Shown in pieces: positions 55,219 through 64,000 of a stretch of 64,000 bases of DNA. Source of the DNA: Endomicrobiales bacterium (GTDB lineage Bacteria > Elusimicrobiota > Endomicrobiia > Endomicrobiales > JAFGGC01); contig JAFGGC010000013.1 in the NCBI GenBank assembly GCA_016930715.1, forward strand, positions 7,796 to 71,795, given 5' to 3'. Every line of letters begins with the position of its first letter. The stretch's first letter is position 1. A program made the position numbers and the translations under genes. Under the pieces are notes generated by a model. The model worked only from the letters and a program-made list of their open reading frames with translations, was not told the origin of the DNA and did no database searches.

Positions 55219-56472
55219 GTGATATATTTTTACAACGTCATACTCCTGACATTTGTTATTCCCGCCGTTGCGTTTCTTCTGGTAAAGTACAGAAGGCGGC
55301 TCGGCAGGGAATTTTTTTACAGGATAGAGGAACGTTTCGGGTTCTGGGTAAAGCCTTCCGGGTTGGATTCTTCAAGGAAGACGGTTTGGATACATTCCGC
55401 GTCCCTGGGCGAGGTAAAGGCGGTCGAGCCGCTGGTCAAGCAACTTTCAGGAAAGTACAACGTGCTTCTCACGCTTATGACCCTTTCGGGAAGGGAGTAT
55501 GTCGAGCAGAAAAGACTTGGCGACGCCGTCTATTACGTGCCTTTTGATTTCAATTTTCTGGTAAAAAGGATATTTGCGGTGGTAAAACCCGAATGCCTGA
55601 TACTCGTGGAGACGGAGCTGTGGCCCGGCCTGATACTTGAAACGCACAAAAACGGCGTGAAAGTCCTTCTTGTAAACGCCCGGCTTTCGAACCGTTCCTA
55701 CCCGGCCTACCGCCTGACGAGGATTTTCTGGAAGAACTTGTTCAAGAGTGTCGACAAGCTTCTCGCCCGCTCAAAAGAAGACGCGGAAAGGTTCATAAGA
55801 ATAGGATGCGAGCCGTCGAAAGTATCGGTTACCGGTAACATCAAATATGACAATATTCCCGGGGCGCATCCTGCGTCAAGGGAAGGATTCGGGTTCGCCA
55901 ATTCGGACCTTGTTCTTGTGTTCGGCAGCACGCGGAAAGGGGAAGAGGCGCTGCTGGTCGATTCCTGGTTGGACGTAAGAAGAAACCACCCGTCGGTTAA
56001 ACTGGCCATCGCCCCTCGTCACCTTGCCAGGGCAAGGAACATAATAACTCTGCTAGACGAAAGGAAGATTCGGTATGCCCTGCGCTCGAAGCCCTCGGCC
56101 GGCGGTTTCGACTGCCTTGTCCTTGACACGTTCGGGGAATTAAACGACTTATACTCGCTTTGTGACATTGCCGTCGTAGGCGGTTCATTCGCCAACGCCG
56201 GCGGTCAGAATCCAATAGAGCCGGCCTCGCATTCAAAACCTGTCGTTTTCGGCAGACACATGGATAATTTCGAAACGGAAGCGAGGATTCTTGAAGAGAC
56301 GGGAGGGGGCTTGAGGGCAGAAAACGCCAAAGAACTTGCCTCCGCGCTGGGCGAGCTGCTTTCGGATGGCGCGAAAAGGACCTCGATGGGCAGGAAGGCG
56401 CTTGAAGCCGTCAACGCGCAGAAAGGCGCTATGGAAAAGACGTCGGAAGCCGTGAGCTCCGTGGTCGGGTGA
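55219..56472 (+). CDS. waaA: 3-deoxy-D-manno-octulosonic acid (Kdo) transferase
   Basis: GTG start. VWIHSASLGEVKAVEPL, ETELWPG, LVNARLS, GGSF...GGQNPIEPA. Confidence 0.9.
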   Translation: MIYFYNVILLTFVIPAVAFLLVKYRRRLGREFFYRIEERFGFWVKPSGLDSSRKTVWIHSASLGEVKAVEPLVKQLSGKYNVLLTLMTLSGREYVEQKRLGDAVYYVPFDFNFLVKRIFAVVKPECLILVETELWPGLILETHKNGVKVLLVNARLSNRSYPAYRLTRIFWKNLFKSVDKLLARSKEDAERFIRIGCEPSKVSVTGNIKYDNIPGAHPASREGFGFANSDLVLVFGSTRKGEEALLVDSWLDVRRNHPSVKLAIAPRHLARARNIITLLDERKIRYALRSKPSAGGFDCLVLDTFGELNDLYSLCDIAVVGGSFANAGGQNPIEPASHSKPVVFGRHMDNFETEARILEETGGGLRAENAKELASALGELLSDGAKRTSMGRKALEAVNAQKGAMEKTSEAVSSVVG

Positions 56473-56476
56473 TTCG

Positions 56477-58144
56477 ATGAACTTCATTTCCCTTCTTGGA
56501 TGGATGATAATAAGCTGCCTTGGAAAGACGCTCAGGATAATACCCGTGAATACCTCTGTCTGGAAGGGCAGGCATTTTATATTCGCTTTCTGGCACGGGG
56601 AACAATTCCTGCCTTTCTTCTTTCACAGCGGGCAGGATGCAGTCGTGATGTCAAGCCTTTCGAAAGACGGTGAAATACAAAACGGCATACTCAACATGTT
56701 CGGTTATAAAACCGTCAGGGGGTCCTCGACCAGAGGCGGAGACAAAGCCTTGGTCGAAATGATACGGGTGGTCAAAAAAGGTCCTGACGCGGGTTTCGCG
56801 GTTGACGGGCCCAAGGGGCCGTATAAAAAAGTGAAACCCGGGGTCATATACCTTGCCCAGAAGACGGGCGTGCCGATAGTTCCCATAGGCAGCGCCGCGC
56901 GCAAATCCGCCGTATTGTCCAGGGCCTGGGATAAATACGAGCTCCCGCGCCCTTTCACTAGATGCGTGATATGTTACGGAAAGCCCGTCGAGGTGAAAAG
57001 AGGGGACGATATAGAAAAAAAGGCCTCTGAGCTCGAAGATTCGCTCAACGAAATTTCAAGGTTCGCCCACAATTACGGTTTTACCGGAAATCTTGGCGAC
57101 TATCTTTCGAACCACCCCGCCCCGAAGATACTTGTCATACAGCCGAGCAGGATAGGCGATGTCGTTTTCACCCTGCCGGCTGTCTCGGCGATAAGAAAAA
57201 GATTTCCGAAGGCGTGGATAGGATGGTTCGTGGACGAGCGCTGCGCGGAGCTTCTCCAAGGAAACCCCGACATAGACGAGGTCGTTGTTTTCAACAGGAA
57301 AAAAGCCTCGCTTCCCTACCTGCTCGGGTTGTATAAAAACCTGCGCGAAAAAAACATAGACGTCAGCATAGATTTCCACGGATTGTTCAAATCCGCGGTT
57401 ATGGTATTTCTCGCCGGGGCACGACACAGAATAGCCTCTTCTTCAACCAACGGAATGAGAGAACTCTCCTGGCTTTTTTCAAGGGAAATAAAGCCGAATA
57501 AGGAGGACGCCCACTGCGTCGAGAGGCATTTCGCGGTCGCGGAGCATCTCGGGGCCGGCGGTTCAGGTTACGAATACAAGCTGGGCGTGGCGGAGCCGGA
57601 TAAAAACAGGGTCAGGGACCGGCTGAAATCTTCCGGCATTGACCTTGCCTCTCAGTTCGCGGTAGTACATCCCGGCGGAGGATGGATAGCGCGCAGGTGG
57701 CGTCCTGACAGGTTCTCTAAGCTCATAGAAAAGCTTGGCGAGCTCGGGATAAGGACCGTCCTCGTGGGCGGCAAGGAGGGAGGGGCGAGCGAAAAGGGGC
57801 TTAACGAAGAGATAATCTCACGGGTCAAGACGAAGGTCTGCGACCTGACTGGGGAATTGAACCTGAAAGAACTGGCCGCGCTTTTTTCTCTATGTTCGGT
57901 CTATATAGCCAACGAAGCCGGGCCGATGCATATTGCTACCGCGATGAACGTGCCGGCCGTAGCGCTTCTTGGTCCGACGGATCCGAAAAGAACCGGGCCT
58001 TTCGGAGGAAAGACAACCATAATAAGGCACGAAGTAGCCTGCCAGCCGTGCAGGAAAAGGAACTGCAAGAAACGAACCTGCATGGACGGGATAACTGTGG
58101 ACGAGGTTTTTGAAACCGTTAAAGCTATATTAAAGAAAGTATGA
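56477..58144 (+). CDS. fusion of a DUF374 (lysophospholipid-acyltransferase-like) domain and a GT9 heptosyltransferase-like domain
   Basis: N-terminal half: FAFWHGEQF, GSSTRGG, AVDGPKGP. C-terminal half: ILVIQPSRIGDVVFTLPA, HPGGGW..RRW, NEAGPMHIA, GPTDP. Confidence 0.8.
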   Translation: MNFISLLGWMIISCLGKTLRIIPVNTSVWKGRHFIFAFWHGEQFLPFFFHSGQDAVVMSSLSKDGEIQNGILNMFGYKTVRGSSTRGGDKALVEMIRVVKKGPDAGFAVDGPKGPYKKVKPGVIYLAQKTGVPIVPIGSAARKSAVLSRAWDKYELPRPFTRCVICYGKPVEVKRGDDIEKKASELEDSLNEISRFAHNYGFTGNLGDYLSNHPAPKILVIQPSRIGDVVFTLPAVSAIRKRFPKAWIGWFVDERCAELLQGNPDIDEVVVFNRKKASLPYLLGLYKNLREKNIDVSIDFHGLFKSAVMVFLAGARHRIASSSTNGMRELSWLFSREIKPNKEDAHCVERHFAVAEHLGAGGSGYEYKLGVAEPDKNRVRDRLKSSGIDLASQFAVVHPGGGWIARRWRPDRFSKLIEKLGELGIRTVLVGGKEGGASEKGLNEEIISRVKTKVCDLTGELNLKELAALFSLCSVYIANEAGPMHIATAMNVPAVALLGPTDPKRTGPFGGKTTIIRHEVACQPCRKRNCKKRTCMDGITVDEVFETVKAILKKV

Positions 58145-58151
58145 TAAACGG

Positions 58152-58229
58152 CGTGAATTAGTGAGTTGGCGAATTGGTTAAGCCTTAAAAATTTACTAAT
58201 TCACTAATTCGCAAGTCAACTAATTCGCG
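58152..58229. repeat. long palindromic intergenic element, copy 2 (family shared with 17547-17616)
   Basis: Left arm cgtgaattagtgagttggcgaattgg and right arm aattcgcaagtcaactaattcgcg. Both arms are similar to the copy between tig and clpP. Confidence 0.6.
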
Positions 58230-58245
58230 GATTTTGGATTTAAAA

Positions 58246-59232
58246 ATGAAGATACTCATAATAAAGCCCAGTTCGTTCGGGGACATCGTTCAATCGAATC
58301 CTGTGCTGGCGGCCTTGAAACAGGAATTTCCGGGCGCCGCCGTTCATTGGCTGGTGTTTTCGGCCTGGCAGGACTTGCTTGATTTGTTTCCGGGTCTTGA
58401 CGGCAGGATGGTCTGGGACAGAAACGGCGGCTTGAAGGAGTATCTAAGGGTCATAAGGCGGGTGCGCTCGGAAAAATACGACCTGGTCATCGACCTGCAG
58501 GGCCTGGCGAGGACGGCGCTCGTGGCGTTTTTTTCGGGAGCCAAAAGGAAGATAGGCGTCCCGGGAATGAAAGAGTTGAGCTGGCTCATCGTAAGAGAGG
58601 TTTTTCCGGAGAGCGGTAAAATAAACGCAGCCGCGCGGGCGCTTGAAACCGTGCGCTATCTGGCGGGAAAAAAACGCGAACCGGTGTTTAACCTTGCCGT
58701 TTCAGGGCAAGCCGAGGAAGCGGCCGGGAGGTTACTGTCGGAGAGCGGCATAGACGGACGGTCCAGAATAATCGCGCTGGTGCCTTCCGCCAGGGGGAGG
58801 GCGAAAGAGTGGCCGCTATCGTACTACGAAGAAACGGCCAGGATGCTGATGAAGGAATTTACCGACGCCAGGATAATAGCGCTGGGTTCGGCGGGGGATG
58901 CCGCCAAACTTTCGGGTTTCGGGGCGCTCAATTTCGCCGGCAGGACCGATATTGGTCTGCTCGCGGGAATACTCAAACGCTGCGCGGTCGTGGTAGGAAA
59001 CGACACGGGCCCCGTGCATCTTGCCTCCGCTTTAGGTGTTCCGGTCGTTGCCGTTTTCGGCGGTTCGGACGTTTCGGAAACGGCCCCTGTTGCCGAAGAT
59101 GCCGTGGTGATAACGAAGAACTATCCGTGTTCGCCCTGCAGGGGAAAGCCCAAATGCAGTGATTACGGGTGCCTGGCAGACATAAAGCCCGCGGAAGTGT
59201 TCGGTGCCGTCAAAGGGATACTGAAAAAATGA
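58246..59232 (+). CDS. GT9 family glycosyltransferase (LPS heptosyltransferase-like)
   Basis: ATG 58246 gives MKILIIKPSSFGDIV. Also DLQG, the P.A....K.WP context, NDTGPVHLA, FGGSD. Confidence 0.85.
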   Translation: MKILIIKPSSFGDIVQSNPVLAALKQEFPGAAVHWLVFSAWQDLLDLFPGLDGRMVWDRNGGLKEYLRVIRRVRSEKYDLVIDLQGLARTALVAFFSGAKRKIGVPGMKELSWLIVREVFPESGKINAAARALETVRYLAGKKREPVFNLAVSGQAEEAAGRLLSESGIDGRSRIIALVPSARGRAKEWPLSYYEETARMLMKEFTDARIIALGSAGDAAKLSGFGALNFAGRTDIGLLAGILKRCAVVVGNDTGPVHLASALGVPVVAVFGGSDVSETAPVAEDAVVITKNYPCSPCRGKPKCSDYGCLADIKPAEVFGAVKGILKK

Positions 59233-60191
59233 ACGCTCAAACCGGGAAAACAGCCTTTTTCCATATGAACCAGCTTGGGGACCTGCTTTTCAGCCTGCCG
59301 GTGCTTTCGGCCGCAAGGAAGCAGTGGCCCGGCAGGAAGATATTGAGCGTCGTGCGGCCGGAATTGGCGGAACTGCTTGAGGAAACGGGTTTAGTGGACG
59401 AGGTGGTGCCGAAACCGCGTTCGTTGATTTCGGGCAAGCTGAAGCTGATAAAAAAACTCAGGAGCGAAAAAATAGATGAAGTGGTGTTGTTCTCCGAATC
59501 TCCCGAGTCCGTGATATTAGGCCGCGCGTGCGGGGCTTCGAAACTGACGGGTTTTTCAACGGCGGCACTTTCCGTAGCGCTGACCGGCAAAATTGACCGT
59601 AAAGGCGTGCCTTCAATCGAGAATAACAGGAATCTCGGAAAAAAGATCGGGCTAAACGACATACCGGAGGATTACTGCAACCTTGTCAGGATACCAGAAG
59701 CCGGGAAGAAGCTTGCCGGGGAATGGCTTAAAAAAAACAATATTCCCGAATGCGGGTTCATAGTGGCGTCACACGGGACAAGCAGAAGACGCCGCGAGAA
59801 GAACTGGCTCGATGGGAAATGGGCCGAGCTTTTCGGGAAGCTGTCGGACAAGGGTTTTTGCACTGTAGTCACGGGCGCTCCTTCACAGAAGCGGGAGATA
59901 GACGCTCTCGTGGGAATGACGCCCGCGGGAAGCAGGGTGTTCGGGTTCGTTTCGGAGGTAGCGCCTTTCGCGGCGTTGTTGAGCCTGGCGAAAGCTTTCG
60001 TGGGCGTGGATTCGGGGGCCATGCACCTTGCGGCTTCCCTTAATGTCCCGGTTGTCGCTCTTTTCGGCCCGACGGACCCCGAACAGGTGGGCCCGCGGCC
60101 GAACACCGCCCACTTGGTAATCAAAAAGGAACCGCTTAGCGGCTTAAGCGTCGAAGACGTGCTAAAGGGACTGGATAGATGTCTTTTATGA
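59229..60191 (+). CDS. GT9 family glycosyltransferase (LPS heptosyltransferase-like)
   Basis: ATG 59229 overlaps the upstream stop (ATGA). HMNQLGDLLFSLPV, VDSGAMHLAASL, FGPTDP. Confidence 0.85.
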   Translation: MNAQTGKTAFFHMNQLGDLLFSLPVLSAARKQWPGRKILSVVRPELAELLEETGLVDEVVPKPRSLISGKLKLIKKLRSEKIDEVVLFSESPESVILGRACGASKLTGFSTAALSVALTGKIDRKGVPSIENNRNLGKKIGLNDIPEDYCNLVRIPEAGKKLAGEWLKKNNIPECGFIVASHGTSRRRREKNWLDGKWAELFGKLSDKGFCTVVTGAPSQKREIDALVGMTPAGSRVFGFVSEVAPFAALLSLAKAFVGVDSGAMHLAASLNVPVVALFGPTDPEQVGPRPNTAHLVIKKEPLSGLSVEDVLKGLDRCLL

Positions 60192-62257
60192 AACGCGCAT
60201 TGGAAACAATATTCCCTAAAGGCGCTGTCATAGGCGTTCTTTTTTTTGCGGGCATGTTCCTGCTTTCGCTTCTGTGGAACATGGGCTTTTCTGTAATGGG
60301 TGTGGAAAACGCCGAGGCCGCGAAACTTGTTTTGACGTCCTTCTGGCCGTGGATCGTTGAGGCGCAGGCCAAAATACTCGTCGTTTACGCGCTGCTCGGT
60401 TTTTTCATCGGATGGGTATCGGAGCTCGTCCACAGGTACATCCCCTTGAGGTTCAGGGGATCAAGACTGTTGTGGGTTTTTCTGATAAATCTCTACTTCC
60501 TGTTGTCGAATATAAGGAAGTACCCGCAGGTTTACGCGGAGTCGCTTTATTTCAAGGGTATCGTTTTCAAGTACGTCCAGATATTCGTTACTGACATGCT
60601 TCCTGAGATCCTTATGACGGTTTACGGGGCGCTGCTTCTTGTCGTCGTCTGCTTCGTGTCGGGCGTGTGGCTTGCAAGGACTTTCAGGAGAAAAATATAC
60701 ATCCCGGCGTTGGCCGCCATCATCATCCTTGCGTTTCTGTCTCATAGGGTATACAAGAAGCCCGCGAGCCCCAAAAACTCCGGGCCGAACGTGCTCGTTC
60801 TCGCCGCGGATTCCCTGAGGCATGACAGGCTCGGCTGCGAAAACTACGAAAGGGACCTGACCCCGAACATAGACAAGATAGCGGCTGACGGCGTGGTGTT
60901 CCGGGACGCGAGGACCTCTTTTCCGAGAACCTTCCCGGCCGTGATATCGTTCCTTACGGGCCGGCTGCCCGTGACCCACGGCGTGAGGCACATGTTCCCC
61001 GACAAGTATTCGCGGGATCACAGGCGGGACAGCGTTGTTGAGGTGTTGAGGAAAGAAGGCTACGCGACCGCCGTCGTGACTGATTTCGCGGGCGACGTGT
61101 TCTCAAGGATGCGGATCGGCTTCGAAAAGGTAAGATCGCCGTATTTCAATTTCATAACGCTCATCGACCAGAGGAGCCTTGAGGTGCATTTTCTCCTGAT
61201 GCCCTACGTCACTAACCATTTCGGTCGGTTCGTGTTCCCTGAGCTCAAGGAGTTCGCCGACAACGCCGACCCCTTCCTGCTCGCCGAAGAAGTCGTCTCG
61301 ACCCTGGAAGGGCTTTCAAAAAAAAGCAGGTTCTTCTGTTACACGTTTTTTTCAAACACGCACTTCCCTTACGCTTCTCCGAGGCCTTATTATTCGAAAT
61401 ACACGGATAAAAACTACAGGGGAAGGTTCAAGTATCACAAGCCCCCGACGTTGTACGAAAAAGAAAATCTGACCCTGGCCGATGCCGCTCAGGTTAACGC
61501 GATATACGACGGTTCGGTGAAGGCTTTCGACGACGCCGTCGGAATGATAGTTGGATTTTTAAAGCGCAAAGGGCTTTACGACAAGACCATAATCGTGGTC
61601 ACGGCCGACCACGGCGAGAACCTTTATGACAACGGCTGGTACATAGGCCACGGGGAGCACCTCGTGGGGAACAACGTCGTCAGGGTGCCCTTGGTAGTTA
61701 AATTTCCTAAAGGGACGAAGTTCGTCAGTGAAGTTAAATGTCTCACCAGGGACATTGATTTCGCTCCGACGCTTCTGGCGTACCTGGGCCGCAATGCTCC
61801 CAAGGAAATCGACGGCGAAAACCTCATGCCGGTGCTGACGGGTGAAAAAGGCGGCCTGAAGCTTGCGGCTTTCACGGAAACCGGGATTTGGTTTTCGGAC
61901 GTTTCGGACGGTTTCTTCCAGGAAAAGAGGATAATGTATCCCGACGTCACCGGGCTTTCGCGGATAGATTTCACCTACAACCTTGAGGTAGTCCTGAGGG
62001 AGGATTACGAAGAGCTCGTGAACACGGCCAAACACCGGATGGTGGACGACGGCAATTACCGACTTATTTATATCCCTACAAGCGAAGGCGTCGAATACGA
62101 GCTTTATGACACGGCCGCCGATCCGCTCTTCAAAAAAGACATCTCCAAAACAAACGGGAAGAAGTTCGAGGAGATGAAACGGCTCCTTTTGTCCCTGATG
62201 AAAAAGGACCGGAAAATAACGTTTAAAAAGGGCTATTCCGTTCTGTCGCGGTATTAG
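60179..62257 (+). CDS. membrane-anchored sulfatase-like hydrolase/transferase (alkaline-phosphatase superfamily)
   Basis: About five N-terminal TM segments, then NVLVLAADSLRHD, FLTGRLP and VVTADHGE. The alternative start ATG 60188 overlaps the upstream stop. Confidence 0.75.
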   Translation: MSFMKRALETIFPKGAVIGVLFFAGMFLLSLLWNMGFSVMGVENAEAAKLVLTSFWPWIVEAQAKILVVYALLGFFIGWVSELVHRYIPLRFRGSRLLWVFLINLYFLLSNIRKYPQVYAESLYFKGIVFKYVQIFVTDMLPEILMTVYGALLLVVVCFVSGVWLARTFRRKIYIPALAAIIILAFLSHRVYKKPASPKNSGPNVLVLAADSLRHDRLGCENYERDLTPNIDKIAADGVVFRDARTSFPRTFPAVISFLTGRLPVTHGVRHMFPDKYSRDHRRDSVVEVLRKEGYATAVVTDFAGDVFSRMRIGFEKVRSPYFNFITLIDQRSLEVHFLLMPYVTNHFGRFVFPELKEFADNADPFLLAEEVVSTLEGLSKKSRFFCYTFFSNTHFPYASPRPYYSKYTDKNYRGRFKYHKPPTLYEKENLTLADAAQVNAIYDGSVKAFDDAVGMIVGFLKRKGLYDKTIIVVTADHGENLYDNGWYIGHGEHLVGNNVVRVPLVVKFPKGTKFVSEVKCLTRDIDFAPTLLAYLGRNAPKEIDGENLMPVLTGEKGGLKLAAFTETGIWFSDVSDGFFQEKRIMYPDVTGLSRIDFTYNLEVVLREDYEELVNTAKHRMVDDGNYRLIYIPTSEGVEYELYDTAADPLFKKDISKTNGKKFEEMKRLLLSLMKKDRKITFKKGYSVLSRY

Positions 62258-62259
62258 AT

Positions 62260-64000
62260 ATGGTTAAAAAAATCCTAATTCGTTCGTTCGGTTCACTGCT
62301 GGCGCTCTTGGCCATGTTCTACCTGTTCTGCGTCGTGCCGAACGACGTCCGGGCGAAACGGGAGATTATCCGGCCCGCCGGCAACGATTTTTTAGACCTC
62401 AGCTACGATTTCATAGCCAATCTGAGGTCGGCAAGGATAAAGACGCGCGAGATACACGGATCGTGGGAGGCGCTTTCGAGGTATCCCTACAAGCAGATGA
62501 GCAAGTACCTGCACACGGCTCCGGTGAACATGCATCTTTCGCTCGGGTGGTTCCCGATGAAAACGGTGCATGAGGACTGCATATTCGCTCCGGCTGACAC
62601 GAACATATCTTTCAGGGTGAGAATGCCGGAGAAGCCGGTGCTCAAGTTCGATTACGGGATAATCTCTTCCGTCGAAGGGAAAAAGAATTCCGCCGTCAGG
62701 TTTTCGGTGGTCGTGAAAGACGAAAGTAAAGCGCAGCGCGAGGTCTTCCGCGCGACCGAGGCGCCTCTTGAGCCTTACAGGTGGAGGTACTACGACGGCT
62801 ACTACAAGAATTTTTACAAGTACCTGAAACCGTCGATAGAAGAACGCGAGGGAAAGTGGGAGAGCGCTGAGGTTGACCTGTCGGAGTTTTCCGGGAAAAA
62901 TGTGGAGATATTGTTTTTAACGGACGCCTTCAACAGCGCGGTGCCCGGCCTTGCCTTCTGGGGCACTCCGCGCTTATACGAGAAAACCGAAACCCGGGAT
63001 TCAAAAAACGTCATACTGATCATAGTCGATTCCTTCCGAGCCGACGAGGCGGACGTCCTCAGCGCGCCTAACGTTTCCGCGCTCGCCGCCGAGGGGGTCG
63101 AGTTCACTGAAGCGCTGGCGAACGGCAACGCCACGAAGCTGTCCGTGTACTCCTTTTTCACCTCTATGTATCCGTTCGAGATACCCGAAACGGCGGCGAA
63201 ATACGAAATGAGCCCGATCGACAAGGAAAACTACTACAGGCGCAGGCTTCCGACAATAGCGTCGACTCTCAAGAAAAACGGTTACAGGACCGCGGCGATA
63301 GGCTCGGTTTCCCTGCTTTCGGACGGCTACGGCCTGTCGGCGGACATGGGGTTTGACGAGACCGTGAACCTCGAGCATTCCGGGTACAGCCCGGTGCACG
63401 TCACGCAGGAAGCAATGAAATGGCTTGCGAAACACGGCGGAGAGAAGTTCTTTCTCATGCTCTATTATGAAGGTCCTCACGGTCCGTACAGGCCTCCGTT
63501 ACGGTATTTCCTGAAGTCCTTTTTCAGGACCGGCGGAAGCCTGAGGAGGAAACTGTACCGCGGAGAGATAATGTATCACGACGCCTACGTGGGGAGGTTT
63601 TTAGATTTTTTGAGGAAGCGCGGGCTGCTCGAAAACAGCGTAGTGATATTCACCGCGGACCACGGCGTGGCGTTCAGAAAGACGGAATACGACTGGCCTA
63701 CGCGGTTCGGCAGCTGGAAAAAGAAGTCGGTAAGGTTCCATTCCCACGGTGTTTCGGTAACCCCGGAAGACCTGCGGGTGCCGCTTATTTTCTATAATGC
63801 CGGGTACGTGAAGAGGATAACCGAAAGGGTCCAGCTTCTTGACCTTTTTCCGTCAATATTAGATATAATAGGCGTTAAGCAACCGAGACTTTTAAAGGGT
63901 AGAAGCCTCACGGGCCTGATGCAGGGGGAAGGGTTTCGGCCGCGGGCCACGTTCCATCAGGGCTGGCATAATTTCGGCGTGTACGATGGCAAATATCTTT
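62260..64000 (+). CDS. sulfatase-like hydrolase/transferase, 3'-truncated by the window edge
   Basis: Frame 1 is open from ATG 62260 to the window end (translated by hand; absent from the ORF track because it has no stop). NVILIIVDSFRADEA, FTADHGV. Confidence 0.7.
   Translation, partial: MVKKILIRSFGSLLALLAMFYLFCVVPNDVRAKREIIRPAGNDFLDLSYDFIANLRSARIKTREIHGSWEALSRYPYKQMSKYLHTAPVNMHLSLGWFPMKTVHEDCIFAPADTNISFRVRMPEKPVLKFDYGIISSVEGKKNSAVRFSVVVKDESKAQREVFRATEAPLEPYRWRYYDGYYKNFYKYLKPSIEEREGKWESAEVDLSEFSGKNVEILFLTDAFNSAVPGLAFWGTPRLYEKTETRDSKNVILIIVDSFRADEADVLSAPNVSALAAEGVEFTEALANGNATKLSVYSFFTSMYPFEIPETAAKYEMSPIDKENYYRRRLPTIASTLKKNGYRTAAIGSVSLLSDGYGLSADMGFDETVNLEHSGYSPVHVTQEAMKWLAKHGGEKFFLMLYYEGPHGPYRPPLRYFLKSFFRTGGSLRRKLYRGEIMYHDAYVGRFLDFLRKRGLLENSVVIFTADHGVAFRKTEYDWPTRFGSWKKKSVRFHSHGVSVTPEDLRVPLIFYNAGYVKRITERVQLLDLFPSILDIIGVKQPRLLKGRSLTGLMQGEGFRPRATFHQGWHNFGVYDGKYL

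Overview
This 64-kb window appears to come from an uncultivated diderm bacterium: it encodes LPS-core enzymes, Sec components and an outer-membrane barrel. The phylum cannot be assigned from sequence alone. Every CDS I can support is on the plus strand.

The window has two compositional halves.

(1) About nt 1,500-15,950 is an AT-rich accessory block. Hand counts give roughly one-third GC, against about 55 percent in the core. It carries defence- or mobile-island-type genes:
- a RadC-JAB protein;
- an M.EcoRI-like adenine methylase translationally coupled to a DUF262-HNH nuclease;
- two multi-TM proteins plus a mini-ORF;
- an HNH-like / acyl-carrier-protein / T5orf172 (GIY-YIG-like) trio;
- a secreted SH3b protein, a 460-aa ankyrin protein and an 849-aa TPR protein;
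- a duplicated small basic protein, where each copy precedes a different cargo gene (an MshEN/GspE-N domain protein and a metallophosphoesterase).

(2) From tRNA-Lys and tRNA-Leu (15,968-16,151) onward lies a tightly packed core block. In order it contains:
- tig-clpP-clpX-lon;
- a class-V aminotransferase and serA;
- an ABC-2 transporter with a His-rich partner;
- tRNA-Asp, an IMPase-family gene and nth;
- a carbamoyltransferase and a CheY-like regulator;
- tRNA-Phe and tRNA-Thr;
- an OMP plus two O-antigen-ligase/TPR fusions;
- yebC-ruvC-ruvA-ruvB;
- a queuosine neighbourhood (radical SAM-queH-DUF2905-spoIID-queA, then tgt);
- yajC-secD-secF;
- an LPS-core cluster (waaA, three GT9 enzymes, two sulfatase-like proteins).

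The points most worth a second look are:
- the atypical methylase/DUF262-HNH pair;
- the HNH-ACP-T5orf172 trio;
- the duplicated small-protein cassettes;
- a ClpP with Asn in place of the triad Asp;
- partial copies of tRNA 3' ends about 180-240 bp downstream of tRNA-Asp and tRNA-Thr, with related GC-rich filler;
- a family of long palindromic intergenic elements;
- an orphan minus-strand promoter-to-terminator unit containing a 33-nt tandem repeat.

No CRISPR array, rRNA, transposase or integrase is visible. All family assignments rest on motifs read by eye. No database search was run.
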